Below are positions 50,138-59,318 of a DNA stretch of 64,000 nt, one piece after another. The stretch is from an uncultured Bacilli bacterium (GTDB taxonomy: Bacteria > Bacillota_I > Bacilli_A > RF39 > UBA660). The stretch's first letter is position 1; each line of letters opens with the position of its first letter. Both the position numbers and the translations under genes were made by a program. The notes beneath the pieces are model-generated. The model was not told the origin of the DNA and searched no databases. It saw nothing but the letters and a program-made list of their open reading frames with translations. Location of the stretch: the NCBI GenBank assembly GCA_944372425.1, contig CALVZC010000006.1, positions 202-64,201 of the forward strand, in the 5' to 3' direction.

Positions 50138-51244
50138 ATGAGTGATGAGAAGAACATAAAAAATAGTAATCTTTACCAATCTTTTACAAAGAGAAAAAAA
50201 AGAAGTCGCGCAATAATGTTAATTCTTTTATTAATATCTTTGTTCTTAATTATATTATCTTCTGTATTTTTAAAATCATCAATGAATTTTAAAGATAACT
50301 TTATCAATTATAATGAAAAAGGAGATATTAATTATAAAGTATATTTAAAAGATAATGATTATTATGATGAACCATTTTTAGATAAGGGCATGCAATACAT
50401 TGCAAGTTTAATTAATACTATAAATGTTGACTTTAAATATGAAATTAATTCTTCTGATGAATTATCTTATAAATATAAATATAAAATAACTGGTGATTTA
50501 GTAATAACTGAAAAAAATAATCCTAGCAAGGTTTTGTACAAGAATACGGAAATTTTATTAGAAGAAACTGCAAAAGAGATAACTGATAGTTCATTTGTTA
50601 TTAACGAAGATTTAGATATTAATTATGATAAATATAATGAATATGTTGTTGCATTTCAAAAGGATTATTCTTTGAGTGTCGACAGTAATTTAGTGTTGAC
50701 TTTAGCAGTTGAAACTGTTGGAGAGAACAATATATTAGTTAATAATTTTAATAAAAATAGTAATTTAATTGTTTCTGTTCCTTTATCAGAACATACAATA
50801 AGTATTACAACTGATTTAAATTCACTTAATGGATCAGGAATAATTAGAAGCACTGAAATTGTTAAAATAGATAATGTAATGTTATTCGTTTTAAGTATAT
50901 CTTTAGGATTAATTGGTTTAATAATTCTTATATCTATTGTTTATCTTTATCTATCAAAAAATAATAATAACAATCTTTATGAAAAAGAAATAAAGAATAT
51001 TCTTAAAAACTATGATCGTTTAATTGTTAGTAGTAAAGTATTAGATATAGATGAAAATAAATTTCAAAATAAAGTTCGTGTTACAAGTATTGAAGAACTT
51101 ATTGATGTATATGAAACTACAAAGCAACCGATTATTTATTATGAAGTTATTCCAAATGAAAAAAGTTATTTTATAATTATAAATGATGATACATTATATA
51201 AATTAACAATATCAAAAGAATGGTTAGAAGAAAATAAAAAATAA
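50138..51244 (+). CDS. Bitopic membrane protein, cassette 2 third gene (possibly DUF5305-like)
   Basis: 368 aa. Same architecture and shared motifs as 28926..29999. Confidence 0.7.
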   Translation: MSDEKNIKNSNLYQSFTKRKKRSRAIMLILLLISLFLIILSSVFLKSSMNFKDNFINYNEKGDINYKVYLKDNDYYDEPFLDKGMQYIASLINTINVDFKYEINSSDELSYKYKYKITGDLVITEKNNPSKVLYKNTEILLEETAKEITDSSFVINEDLDINYDKYNEYVVAFQKDYSLSVDSNLVLTLAVETVGENNILVNNFNKNSNLIVSVPLSEHTISITTDLNSLNGSGIIRSTEIVKIDNVMLFVLSISLGLIGLIILISIVYLYLSKNNNNNLYEKEIKNILKNYDRLIVSSKVLDIDENKFQNKVRVTSIEELIDVYETTKQPIIYYEVIPNEKSYFIIINDDTLYKLTISKEWLEENKK

Positions 51245-51263
51245 TAATTATTTAGATTGTAGG

Positions 51264-51292
51264 AAAACTCTGGAAAAACTGGAGTTTTTTTT
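51264..51292 (+). terminator. Intrinsic terminator after cassette 2
   Basis: aaaactc/gagtttt stem plus T-run. Confidence 0.45.
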
Positions 51293-51426
51293 CAATAGTA
51301 AATCCTATCATACAATAAAATGACATGTGTATATAAAATACTCATGCTTTTAAATTTTCTAATATAGCTTGCTATAAATATTAGAATATAGTAAAATTTA
51401 ACTATAAAATAGAAAGAAGGTAAAAA

Positions 51427-51483
51427 ATGGGATTTAGGAATACAAACAAATATTCGAGTGGGGGGGGGGGGACACTTTACTAA
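51427..51483 (+). other. 18-codon upstream ORF containing the G12 tract
   Basis: AGAAGG RBS plus ATG. MGFRNTNKYSSGGGGTLY, then a stop. Confidence 0.35.
51460..51471 (+). repeat. Homopolymeric G12 tract
   Basis: 12 consecutive G by hand count, in an otherwise very AT-rich intergenic region. Confidence 0.95.
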
Positions 51484-51603
51484 ATTAGAAGCCTTTACCT
51501 TAAAAGATAAAATAGGTTTAATCATAATATTAAAAGAAATAATGACAATATTCATATATGAAATAAGAAATAAATTGATATATGAAAGGCGTGAAGTAAT
51601 ATT

Positions 51604-52986
51604 ATGATAAAACCAAAAATAATGTTTTTAATAACAATAACAATTTTAGGATTATCAATAGGATATGGAGCTTTTAATGCTGAATTATCGATAAGTGGAG
51701 AAGCAACAGTTAATGGTCAGAGATATAAAGAAGAAATATTAAATGGAACAGAACCGAAGTTAGAAGAACCATTAATAGCAGTAACAATAGAAGATGATGG
51801 AACAGTAAAGAAAGCAGATTTAACAAGTAAGTGGTATAGTTATGAAGAAAAAAGATGGGCAAATGCAGTAATATTAAAAAATGAAAATAAAGAATATGTT
51901 AGTGGAGAAATAATACCAGAAGAAGAAATAGAGAGTTATTTTGTATGGATACCGAAGTATAGTTATAAGTTATGGGATTTAGGAAATTATACAGATTGGA
52001 CAGAAATAGATGAAAATAAAGTACATGCAATAGAAATAAGATTTGGGACAACAAATACTACTGATAGTGTTTCTGGAGAATGTACAACACCAGGAATATC
52101 AGGAGAGAGTGGAAACTGTGAAGTAGGAGATTACATGACCCATCCAGCTTTTTTAGCATTTAATACAACAGGGATGTGGGTAGGAAAGTTTGAAACAGGA
52201 TATAGTGGAGCAACAAGTGTAAGTGAAGCAGAAAAGAACACAACAGAAGTAGATAAAGTAATAGTAAAACCGAATGTATATAGTTGGAGAAGTATACAAT
52301 TATCCAATGCCTTTACAGTAAGTTATAATTATAAAAGAGAGTTAGAATCCCATATGATGAAGAATACTGAATGGGGAGCAGTAGCCTATTTATCACATTC
52401 TATATATGGAATAAATTATGAAATAAGAATAAATAATAATTCTAATTTTTTAACAGGATATGCAGCAACAACAGAAAACGGAAGTGGAAGTACAACAGAT
52501 GTAGCAATGTGGAACACACCTACAGGTTATTTAGCGAGTACAACAGGAAATATAACAGGGATATATGATATGTCAGGAGGATCAGAAGAACATGTAATGG
52601 GAGTAATGAAAGATGCAAATGGGAATTTAATGTCAGGTTATGATTCTACTTCTAATTCAGGATTTAATGGAACATTATATGATGGAAGTAGTATAACAAA
52701 TGGAATAGATTTTCCAGATAGTAAATATTATGATGTTTATAATTACAATAAAAGCCATACTAATTATTCACGAAGAATATTAGGGGATGCAACAGGAGAG
52801 ATGGGACCATTTGATTATGTATCATCATGGTATAATGATAATGCATCTTTCGTTTATCCTTTATCCCCTTGGTTCGACCGTGGGGGCCACTATTTCGATC
52901 GTTCTGGAGCTGGTGCGTTCTTTTTCGACTACTACTACGGGCATGCTTACAGAACCATTTCTTTCCGTTTGGTTTTGTGCATATAG
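51604..52986 (+). CDS. Secreted protein with a SipW-type signal region and a C-terminal FGE/C-type-lectin-like domain
   Basis: 460 aa. IGYGAFNAELSISGEATV after the h-region. GIYDMSGG, RGG and SFRLV motifs, typical of the FGE-sulfatase / CLec fold. Confidence 0.75.
   Translation: MIKPKIMFLITITILGLSIGYGAFNAELSISGEATVNGQRYKEEILNGTEPKLEEPLIAVTIEDDGTVKKADLTSKWYSYEEKRWANAVILKNENKEYVSGEIIPEEEIESYFVWIPKYSYKLWDLGNYTDWTEIDENKVHAIEIRFGTTNTTDSVSGECTTPGISGESGNCEVGDYMTHPAFLAFNTTGMWVGKFETGYSGATSVSEAEKNTTEVDKVIVKPNVYSWRSIQLSNAFTVSYNYKRELESHMMKNTEWGAVAYLSHSIYGINYEIRINNNSNFLTGYAATTENGSGSTTDVAMWNTPTGYLASTTGNITGIYDMSGGSEEHVMGVMKDANGNLMSGYDSTSNSGFNGTLYDGSSITNGIDFPDSKYYDVYNYNKSHTNYSRRILGDATGEMGPFDYVSSWYNDNASFVYPLSPWFDRGGHYFDRSGAGAFFFDYYYGHAYRTISFRLVLCI
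52848..52980 (+). other. Adenine-depleted, GC-rich 3' coding tract (candidate DGR variable region)
   Basis: Over 52861-52980 I count 16 A of 120 nt and about 59 G+C, against roughly 45-50% A just upstream. Encodes HYFD...FFFDYYYGHAY. Confidence 0.45.
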
Positions 52987-53006
52987 TTTTTCCACTTGTG
53001 GAAAAA
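52987..53006 (+). other. Hairpin immediately after the stop codon
   Basis: tttttcca(c)/(g)tggaaaaa, an 8-9 bp stem with a 2-4 nt loop. Confidence 0.6.
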
Positions 53007-53086
53007 CTTAACCCTGATCTTTGTGGTTTAATGAATAAACAAAGTATATAGATAGACAGATTTAATAGTAGAAGAATATTTTAATT

Positions 53087-53121
53087 ATGCCGATTGCGTG
53101 CGTTTGCAATCGGCATTTTTA
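53087..53121. terminator. GC-rich terminator between convergent genes
   Basis: atgccgattgc/gcaatcggcat 11-bp stem plus T-run. Confidence 0.75.
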
Positions 53122-54576
53122 TTTTATTTTTTTAATACTAGTTTCTTTAGTATTTTCTTTTTCATATCCTGTTATATCTTCTAACATTTTGTACTGAAAT
53201 GCTAAATCAATACATTTATGAATTATTTCATCTCTATCCCATGCATATCTAGTAGAATCAATCATTTTTTTACCATTAGGTAATATTATACTTTTTTGTT
53301 TTCCGTTAGTGATTATTCTTTCTTTTTGATTACTATCTATAAATGTCATTCTATTATGACTTCTATTACTTAATAATGAAAAATTAATATTATTTATTGG
53401 GTCTACAGTTAATTGTGTTCCACTCCATCCAGCTATTGCAAAACTTTTACCGCTTAGTGAATGATGCACTTCACCACTATTAGGCAGTGGGTGTTTTGAA
53501 TAACATAACATTGCTAAATATTGTGAATACTTATCTTTTCCATCATCAGTTACATAGTGAAAACCACATCTATTTTTTGCCATGTAATCTCTTGTGTTAA
53601 AATTTATAATTTTGTTATCTATTAATGCTCTTGCAAGTTTTGTCATATCACTTGAATTAGAAAATAGACCAGCATGACCACTTAGTATTCCTTGTGGTTG
53701 ACCTAATATTCTTGCTTTATCATCAGTTGATACTCCAACAGGTGATGTTGTTCTTATTAGGTAATTTCCATCTTTATAGTATCTTCCGTCATAATTTGAA
53801 TTTGCAACATTTTCTAAATTTTCCTCTGGTATTTTAACAAATGTATTATACATTCCTAAATTATTTAGAATATTTTTAGAAAGATATTCGTAATAAGACA
53901 TTCCACTTGCACTTTCAATTACGTATTTTAATACCATAGGTGCAAAGTCGTTGTATTTATTTGCTCCATATGGTATTTCTTTTTTTGAAGTAGTAAATAA
54001 AATTTCTTCTGCTTCTTTTACATCTTTTGCTTTATCAATTCTTGTTTTTGTTTCAAGTGGTTCAAATGTTAATAAATCAAAAATAGTAATACCTTTTAGG
54101 TTTTCAAATTGTGGTGCATATTCTGTTACGTCTTCTGATAAATCTATTTTTCCTTCTTCAACTAATTTAAGTATAGTAATTGCTGTAAATAGTTTTGTAC
54201 ATGATGCTAAGTCAAAGATAGTATCATGATTCATTTCTTTTTGACTAGGAATAAAAGTCCCTTCATCTAGAATAGTTTCTTCACGATTTCCAATAACTAA
54301 TTGTTCTTGAAATGTTTTAGTACCATAGGAAATTACAGCACCTGGAGCCATTTTTTTTATATAAAAAAAATCTTTTAATAAATCTTCTATTCCAGACTTT
54401 TTATAAAGTTCATTACGTAATTCATCAATATTTGCATCTTTATGTTTATTAAGTACTTCCAAAACATCTTTTAATAGTCTTTCATATTGTTCTTTTGGAT
54501 ATAGATTCTTTTGTGTTTCATCTGCTCCAATATTTTGATTTTTTATTAATTGATTAAGATAATCATTATAACTCAT
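53119..54576 (-). CDS. Beta-lactamase-fold serine hydrolase (class C / esterase family VIII-like), apparently cytoplasmic
   Basis: 485 aa. SxxK motif SCTK and a YxN-like KYND. No signal peptide. Confidence 0.7.
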   Translation of the reverse strand: MSYNDYLNQLIKNQNIGADETQKNLYPKEQYERLLKDVLEVLNKHKDANIDELRNELYKKSGIEDLLKDFFYIKKMAPGAVISYGTKTFQEQLVIGNREETILDEGTFIPSQKEMNHDTIFDLASCTKLFTAITILKLVEEGKIDLSEDVTEYAPQFENLKGITIFDLLTFEPLETKTRIDKAKDVKEAEEILFTTSKKEIPYGANKYNDFAPMVLKYVIESASGMSYYEYLSKNILNNLGMYNTFVKIPEENLENVANSNYDGRYYKDGNYLIRTTSPVGVSTDDKARILGQPQGILSGHAGLFSNSSDMTKLARALIDNKIINFNTRDYMAKNRCGFHYVTDDGKDKYSQYLAMLCYSKHPLPNSGEVHHSLSGKSFAIAGWSGTQLTVDPINNINFSLLSNRSHNRMTFIDSNQKERIITNGKQKSIILPNGKKMIDSTRYAWDRDEIIHKCIDLAFQYKMLEDITGYEKENTKETSIKKIK

Positions 54577-54638
54577 ATTTAATCTCCTTTTATAAATGTA
54601 ATATATTATAACATATTATTTAAATTTTATAAAATTTC

Positions 54639-54666
54639 TTGATTTATATTATTTTTATGATAAAAT
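54639..54666 (+). promoter_or_regulatory. Promoter of the tyrS leader
   Basis: -35 TTGATT, 16-nt spacer, extended -10 TGaTAAAAT. Confidence 0.55.
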
Positions 54667-54672
54667 TATATT

Positions 54673-54876
54673 AATTATTTGACAGTGATAAATGATTTAG
54701 TTACATTTTATTTTTTAGAGAAGTTATGTTTGGTGAAAATAACTAATAATTGTAATGAAGTTACACATTTTGAGTCAAATCGTATTCCTTGCGTTAAAAG
54801 TAAAGTGTATAACATTTTCGTTATAAAGTAAGATGGTACCACGATATTTCGTTCTTACGTTATAACGATTTTTTTA
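54673..54876 (+). promoter_or_regulatory. T-box riboswitch (tyrosine specifier UAC) with terminator
   Basis: AGAGA element, gaagtTACa specifier context, and T-box sequence agatGGTACCAcg. Long terminator helix tcgttataa..gtaaga/tcttac..ttataacga plus T7. Confidence 0.85.
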
Positions 54877-54907
54877 TTTAAGGAATATGTTTATTAGGAG
54901 GATTAAT

Positions 54908-56137
54908 ATGAAATTTTTTGATGAATTAAAGTGGCGTGGACTTATTAAAGATATTTCAAGTCCAGATTTAGAAAAAAAGTTAAATGAAGAGTCAATTACT
55001 TTTTATTGGGGAACAGATCCAACAGCAGATAGTCTTCATTTAGGTCATTATTCTTCGCTTGTTACTGCTAAGCGTTTAGCTAAAAAAGGGCATAAACCAA
55101 TATTGTTAGTTGGAGGTGCTACAGGGTTAATTGGTGATCCAAGACCAACTGCTGAGCGTGAAATTATCTCTTATGAGACAGTAGAAAAGAATTTAAAAGG
55201 AATATCTAATCAGGTATCAAAACTTTTTGATGGAAACGTAACAATCGTTAATAACTATGACTGGACTAAAGATTGTTCTTTTATTGATTTTTTACGTGAT
55301 ACTGGTAAATATATTAATATTAATTATATGTTAGATAAAGATATAATAAGAAGAAGACTTGATTCTGGAATAACTTATGCTGAATTTTCTTATACTTTGT
55401 TACAAGGAAATGATTTTGTTCATTTATTTCAAAATAATAATTGTATTTTACAAGCTGCTGGTAGTGATCAATGGGGAAATATTACTACAGGAATTGAGCT
55501 TATTAAGAAAAAACTTGGAAAAGATGCTTATGGTTTTACTATGCCTTTAATTTTAGATAAAATGGGAAATAAGTTTGGAAAAAGTGAAGGTAATGCTTTG
55601 TGGTTAGATATAAATAAAACGTCTTCTTATGAATTGTATCAATATTTAATTAATACTGATGATGATATGGTTATTCATTATTTAAAGGTATTTACTTTTT
55701 TATCAGTAGAAGAAATAGAAGAATTAGAAAAAGAGCATAAAGAACATCCTGAATTAAGAAAAGCACAGAATGCTTTAGCTCATGAAATTATTAAGGATTT
55801 ACACGGTGAAGAAGAATATCAAAAAGCATTTACTATGAGTAAGGCATTATTTAGTGGTGATGTTTCTAATTTTTCTTCTAAAGATATAGAGACTGTTTTT
55901 AAAGATTTGCCTAAAAATAAATTGGATGGTGATATTAATATAGTTGATATGCTTGTTAATAATAATGTATGTAGTAGTAAAAGAGAAGCAAGAGAATTTA
56001 TTACTTCTGGTACTATAAGTGTAAATGGTGAAAAAGTTGTCGATGTAAATATGATTATAAATAAAGATTTAGCAATAGAAAATAAATATATTATTGTAAG
56101 AAGAGGTAAGAAAAAATATTATATTTTTGAATTTTAA
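54908..56137 (+). CDS. tyrS: Tyrosine--tRNA ligase
   Basis: ATG 6 nt after AGGAGG. HLGH (HIGH) motif, KFGKS (KMSKS) motif and a C-terminal S4 domain. Confidence 0.96.
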   Translation: MKFFDELKWRGLIKDISSPDLEKKLNEESITFYWGTDPTADSLHLGHYSSLVTAKRLAKKGHKPILLVGGATGLIGDPRPTAEREIISYETVEKNLKGISNQVSKLFDGNVTIVNNYDWTKDCSFIDFLRDTGKYININYMLDKDIIRRRLDSGITYAEFSYTLLQGNDFVHLFQNNNCILQAAGSDQWGNITTGIELIKKKLGKDAYGFTMPLILDKMGNKFGKSEGNALWLDINKTSSYELYQYLINTDDDMVIHYLKVFTFLSVEEIEELEKEHKEHPELRKAQNALAHEIIKDLHGEEEYQKAFTMSKALFSGDVSNFSSKDIETVFKDLPKNKLDGDINIVDMLVNNNVCSSKREAREFITSGTISVNGEKVVDVNMIINKDLAIENKYIIVRRGKKKYYIFEF

Positions 56138-56163
56138 AAAGTAACGTTGTTGTTACTTTTTTT
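56136..56163. terminator. Bidirectional terminator
   Basis: aaaaagtaac/gttacttttt stem between convergent genes. Confidence 0.65.
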
Positions 56164-56659
56164 AATCTAAAATAGATGATACGTGTAATGGTATTATCTT
56201 TTTATTATTAATTAATTCTTTTAATACTTGATGATCATCATCTATGTGGATATTTATTTCTTCGTTGTTAGTATTTTCTTCTAAATACTTGCTTTTAATA
56301 ATTTTTGGATGTACAAAATTATATTCTTCTCGTGAAAAAATATGAATGTTATTTGTATTAATAAATGGTAGATATTTTTCTAGCCATTTTATTTTTCCTT
56401 CTATTTGATTTTTATATCTTGTTATAGATAAAATATGAATTCTTATATTTTCTTTATTTTGTAAATTGTTTAATATTTCTATAACAGTATATATTGGTCT
56501 TTTATTTAGAAAAGTATTTTCTTCATTTTGTGTTAGCCTGTGATTGATTAAATCATAATCGACAATAACTCCATCCATATCAAAATAAATATTAATTGGT
56601 TTATTAATTTTTAATTGCTCTATATAATTTAAAAAATAGTTTTTCATTTTTTCCTCCAA
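56162..56659 (-). CDS. HAD-superfamily 5'(3')-deoxyribonucleotidase-like protein
   Basis: 165 aa with the DMDGV (DxDxV) motif. Confidence 0.6.
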   Translation of the reverse strand: MEEKMKNYFLNYIEQLKINKPINIYFDMDGVIVDYDLINHRLTQNEENTFLNKRPIYTVIEILNNLQNKENIRIHILSITRYKNQIEGKIKWLEKYLPFINTNNIHIFSREEYNFVHPKIIKSKYLEENTNNEEINIHIDDDHQVLKELINNKKIIPLHVSSILD

Positions 56660-56685
56660 ATATTATTATAGATTATTTTTATAAA

Positions 56686-56709
56686 TAAAAAAAGCTTACT
56701 TTTGTAAGC
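56686..56709 (-). terminator. Intrinsic terminator of rpsD
   Basis: gcttac/gtaagc stem, then a U-run on the minus strand. Confidence 0.6.
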
Positions 56710-57306
56710 CTATCTATTATAGAATTCAACGATTAATGATTCATCAATATCAGCATTTAATTCTTGTCTTTCAGGTAATCTTACGAATACACCTTCAAGT
56801 TTGTTTTCATCAAATGTAACAAATTCTACTCTTGATACTATTTTTTCTAGAGATTCTTTTACAACTTTTAAATCTTTATCTTTTAAGGAAATAGTTGAAC
56901 CAACTTTTACTCTATATGATGGAATATCAACTTTTTGTCCATTTACTAAGATGTGACCATGATTTACAAGTTGTCTAGCACCTCTTCTAGTTGTTGCAAA
57001 ACCTAAACGATAAACTAAGTTATCCAATCTAGATTCAAGTAATTTTAGAAAGTTTTCACCATGAATACCTTTCATTTTTCCTGCTTCTAAGAAAGTCTTC
57101 TTAAATTGTTTTTCGTTTAAACCATACATAAATCTAACCTTTTGTTTTTCTTTTAATTGTACACCATAGTTAGAAAGTTTTCCTTTACGGTCTGCACCAT
57201 GTTGTCCTGGACCATAAGGACGTCTTGCAATTTCTTTTCCATTTTCTAATAAGCTTAAACCAACTCTACGAGCTTGCTTATAACTAGAACCTGTGTATCT
57301 TGCCAT
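56710..57306 (-). CDS. rpsD: 30S ribosomal protein S4
   Basis: 198 aa. [14 protein letters not shown] start. Confidence 0.97.
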   Translation of the reverse strand: MARYTGSSYKQARRVGLSLLENGKEIARRPYGPGQHGADRKGKLSNYGVQLKEKQKVRFMYGLNEKQFKKTFLEAGKMKGIHGENFLKLLESRLDNLVYRLGFATTRRGARQLVNHGHILVNGQKVDIPSYRVKVGSTISLKDKDLKVVKESLEKIVSRVEFVTFDENKLEGVFVRLPERQELNADIDESLIVEFYNR

Positions 57307-57496
57307 TTTTTAAATCCTCCTTTATTTATTTACATAAACAAAAGACTTTTGATATTTCTATTCTTAGGGAGTTTATTTTAATATTTTCACTTAAACAGCC
57401 AAGTTACTAATAAACTTAATAAACACATTAAAAACTAAAATATCAGCTGTTTTGAATATGCATAAGTATTATACAAAAAAATATAGTATTAGTCAA
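57307..57496 (-). promoter_or_regulatory. rpsD promoter and ~150-nt 5' leader
   Basis: Minus strand has -35 TTGACT (57491-57496), a 17-nt spacer and -10 TATAAT (57468-57473). A long leader like this is the site of S4 autoregulation in Bacillus. Confidence 0.55.
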
Positions 57497-57590
57497 ACAT
57501 TTCTTTTTTAAGTTTGTTTAAAAAAAATAGCAAAATCTATTATTTTTGTGTTAATATATTATTATAAGTATTATTATAGGAAAATTTGAG

Positions 57591-59318
57591 GTGATTATTT
57601 TGGATAATCTTTCTTTAATTATTATATCTTATGTAATTATTGCTTTAGTACTTATTTTTGTTGTACTTGGCTTAATAAAGAAAAGAAGAATTAATTCTTT
57701 TAAAGTTGAATTAGAAGAATTAGATAGAAGAAAAAATGAAATTGAAAGTGCACCAGTAATTTCTGAGCTTGCTAAAATAGAGACAATTGTTAAAAATGAT
57801 AAAATGGAAGAAAAGTATAAGTCTTGGCTTAATTCGTTTGAGCATATTAAGAATGAAATAATTCCTAAAATTAACGATATGATTATTGACCTTGATATTT
57901 ATTTGGATAAAAAAAAATATAGAGAGTATATATCTCAAGTTGCTAAGACAGAACTTGCTATTTATAAGGCAAAAGAAGTAATAGATAAAATATTAGAAGA
58001 AATAAAAGAGATAAATTCTAGTGAAGAGAAATATAGAAATATTATTATTAAGTTAAAAGCTAAATATCGTGAATTGCAAGCTAGTTTTGAGGATAAAAAA
58101 TCTAATTATGAGGATATTGCTAATGTAATAGAATTACAATTTGAGAATATTGAAAAAAGATTTCAAGATTTTGAAGATTGTATGGAAGTAAGTGATTATC
58201 AAGAAGTATTTCATATTGTTAAAGGAATTGATGTAATGATAGATCATATGGGGATTGTTATTAAAGAAGTTCCAGATCTTGTATTGCTTGCTAACAAATT
58301 GATTCCTAAAAAAATAGAACAAATTACTGAAATATATGATGATATGAAAGCAAAAAAATATCCTTTAAAGCATTTGAAAATCGAATATAATGTCGAAGAA
58401 TCATTAAAAAATGTTAATCAGATTATTGATAGAATAAAAGTTTTAAATTTAGAGAATTGTATGTTTGAGCTTAAGACTATGCTTGAATATTTAGAATCTT
58501 TATTTAATGAGTTTGAATATGAAAAGAAAGCTAAAAGAGAGTATGATGATAATAAAGAGATTTTTGACAAACGTCTTGATAAAATGGTTAATGTTGTAAG
58601 TGATATCTATGCTCAATTAGATGATATTAAAAATATGTATGATCTTACTGATAATGATGTTAAAACAATCGATTTGGTAAATACAAAATTAAATGATTTA
58701 AATGATAAATATAAATTGATGGTTAAGAGTTTGGGTAAGAAAAAAATACCTTATTCAGAGGCTTATGAATCATTGAGTGATTATTTGACTGAATTAAAAA
58801 TAATTGAAGATGAACTGGATGAATCTTTGAAAAATCTTGGTAACATGTATGATGATGAAGTAAGAGCAAGAGAACAATTAGATGAAATTCAAGAATTGTT
58901 AAAGCAATCAAAAGTTAAGATTAGAAGCTATAAATTACCAATAATTTCTAATAATTATTTCGTAGAATTACAAGAAGCAAACGAAGCTATTTTGGAAATT
59001 ATAAAGGAATTAGAAAAAAAACCTATTGTTATAAAAATTCTAAATACAAGAGTTGATACTGCTCGTGATTTAGTTTTAAAGCTTTATAATACTACTAATG
59101 ATATGATAAAGACAGCTAAACTTGCTGAATATTCTATAGTTTATGGTAATCGTTATCGAAGTCAAGATATTAATATTAATAGTGGATTAAACCAAGCGCA
59201 AATTTTATTTTATAAGGGTAATTATAAAAAATCTTTGGATGTCACCATATCGACTATATCTCGTATTGATAAAAATATAAGAGAGAAAGTAATGGAATTA
59301 TATGAAAAGAAAGATTAA
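57591..59318 (+). CDS. ezrA: Septation ring formation regulator EzrA
   Basis: 575 aa. Single N-terminal TM plus long coiled-coil repeats. Lies in an rpsD/tyrS neighbourhood, as in Bacillus. Confidence 0.8.
   Translation: MIILDNLSLIIISYVIIALVLIFVVLGLIKKRRINSFKVELEELDRRKNEIESAPVISELAKIETIVKNDKMEEKYKSWLNSFEHIKNEIIPKINDMIIDLDIYLDKKKYREYISQVAKTELAIYKAKEVIDKILEEIKEINSSEEKYRNIIIKLKAKYRELQASFEDKKSNYEDIANVIELQFENIEKRFQDFEDCMEVSDYQEVFHIVKGIDVMIDHMGIVIKEVPDLVLLANKLIPKKIEQITEIYDDMKAKKYPLKHLKIEYNVEESLKNVNQIIDRIKVLNLENCMFELKTMLEYLESLFNEFEYEKKAKREYDDNKEIFDKRLDKMVNVVSDIYAQLDDIKNMYDLTDNDVKTIDLVNTKLNDLNDKYKLMVKSLGKKKIPYSEAYESLSDYLTELKIIEDELDESLKNLGNMYDDEVRAREQLDEIQELLKQSKVKIRSYKLPIISNNYFVELQEANEAILEIIKELEKKPIVIKILNTRVDTARDLVLKLYNTTNDMIKTAKLAEYSIVYGNRYRSQDININSGLNQAQILFYKGNYKKSLDVTISTISRIDKNIREKVMELYEKKD

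Noticed and set aside
51292-51555. 87-aa minus-strand ORF spanning the poly-G tract (encodes CPPPPTR)
   Set aside because: No RBS, AT-rich low-complexity sequence, and it lies in the intergenic region between a terminator and the next gene's start. The plus-strand uORF reading is more parsimonious.
52787-53051. Two alternative-frame ORFs (52787..53011 and 52869..53051) overlapping the 3' end of the 460-aa gene
   Set aside because: They are open only because the stretch is adenine-poor and so has few stop codons. They have no RBS, and the main frame continues a recognisable FGE/CLec-fold domain to ...SFRLVLCI.
51245-53118. A DGR template repeat, accessory gene or reverse transcriptase adjacent to the candidate variable region
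   Set aside because: The flanks (51245..51603 and 52987..53118) contain no sequence resembling the A-poor tract, and no RT-like ORF exists in the window. The DGR interpretation therefore stays a hypothesis that depends on elements elsewhere in the genome.
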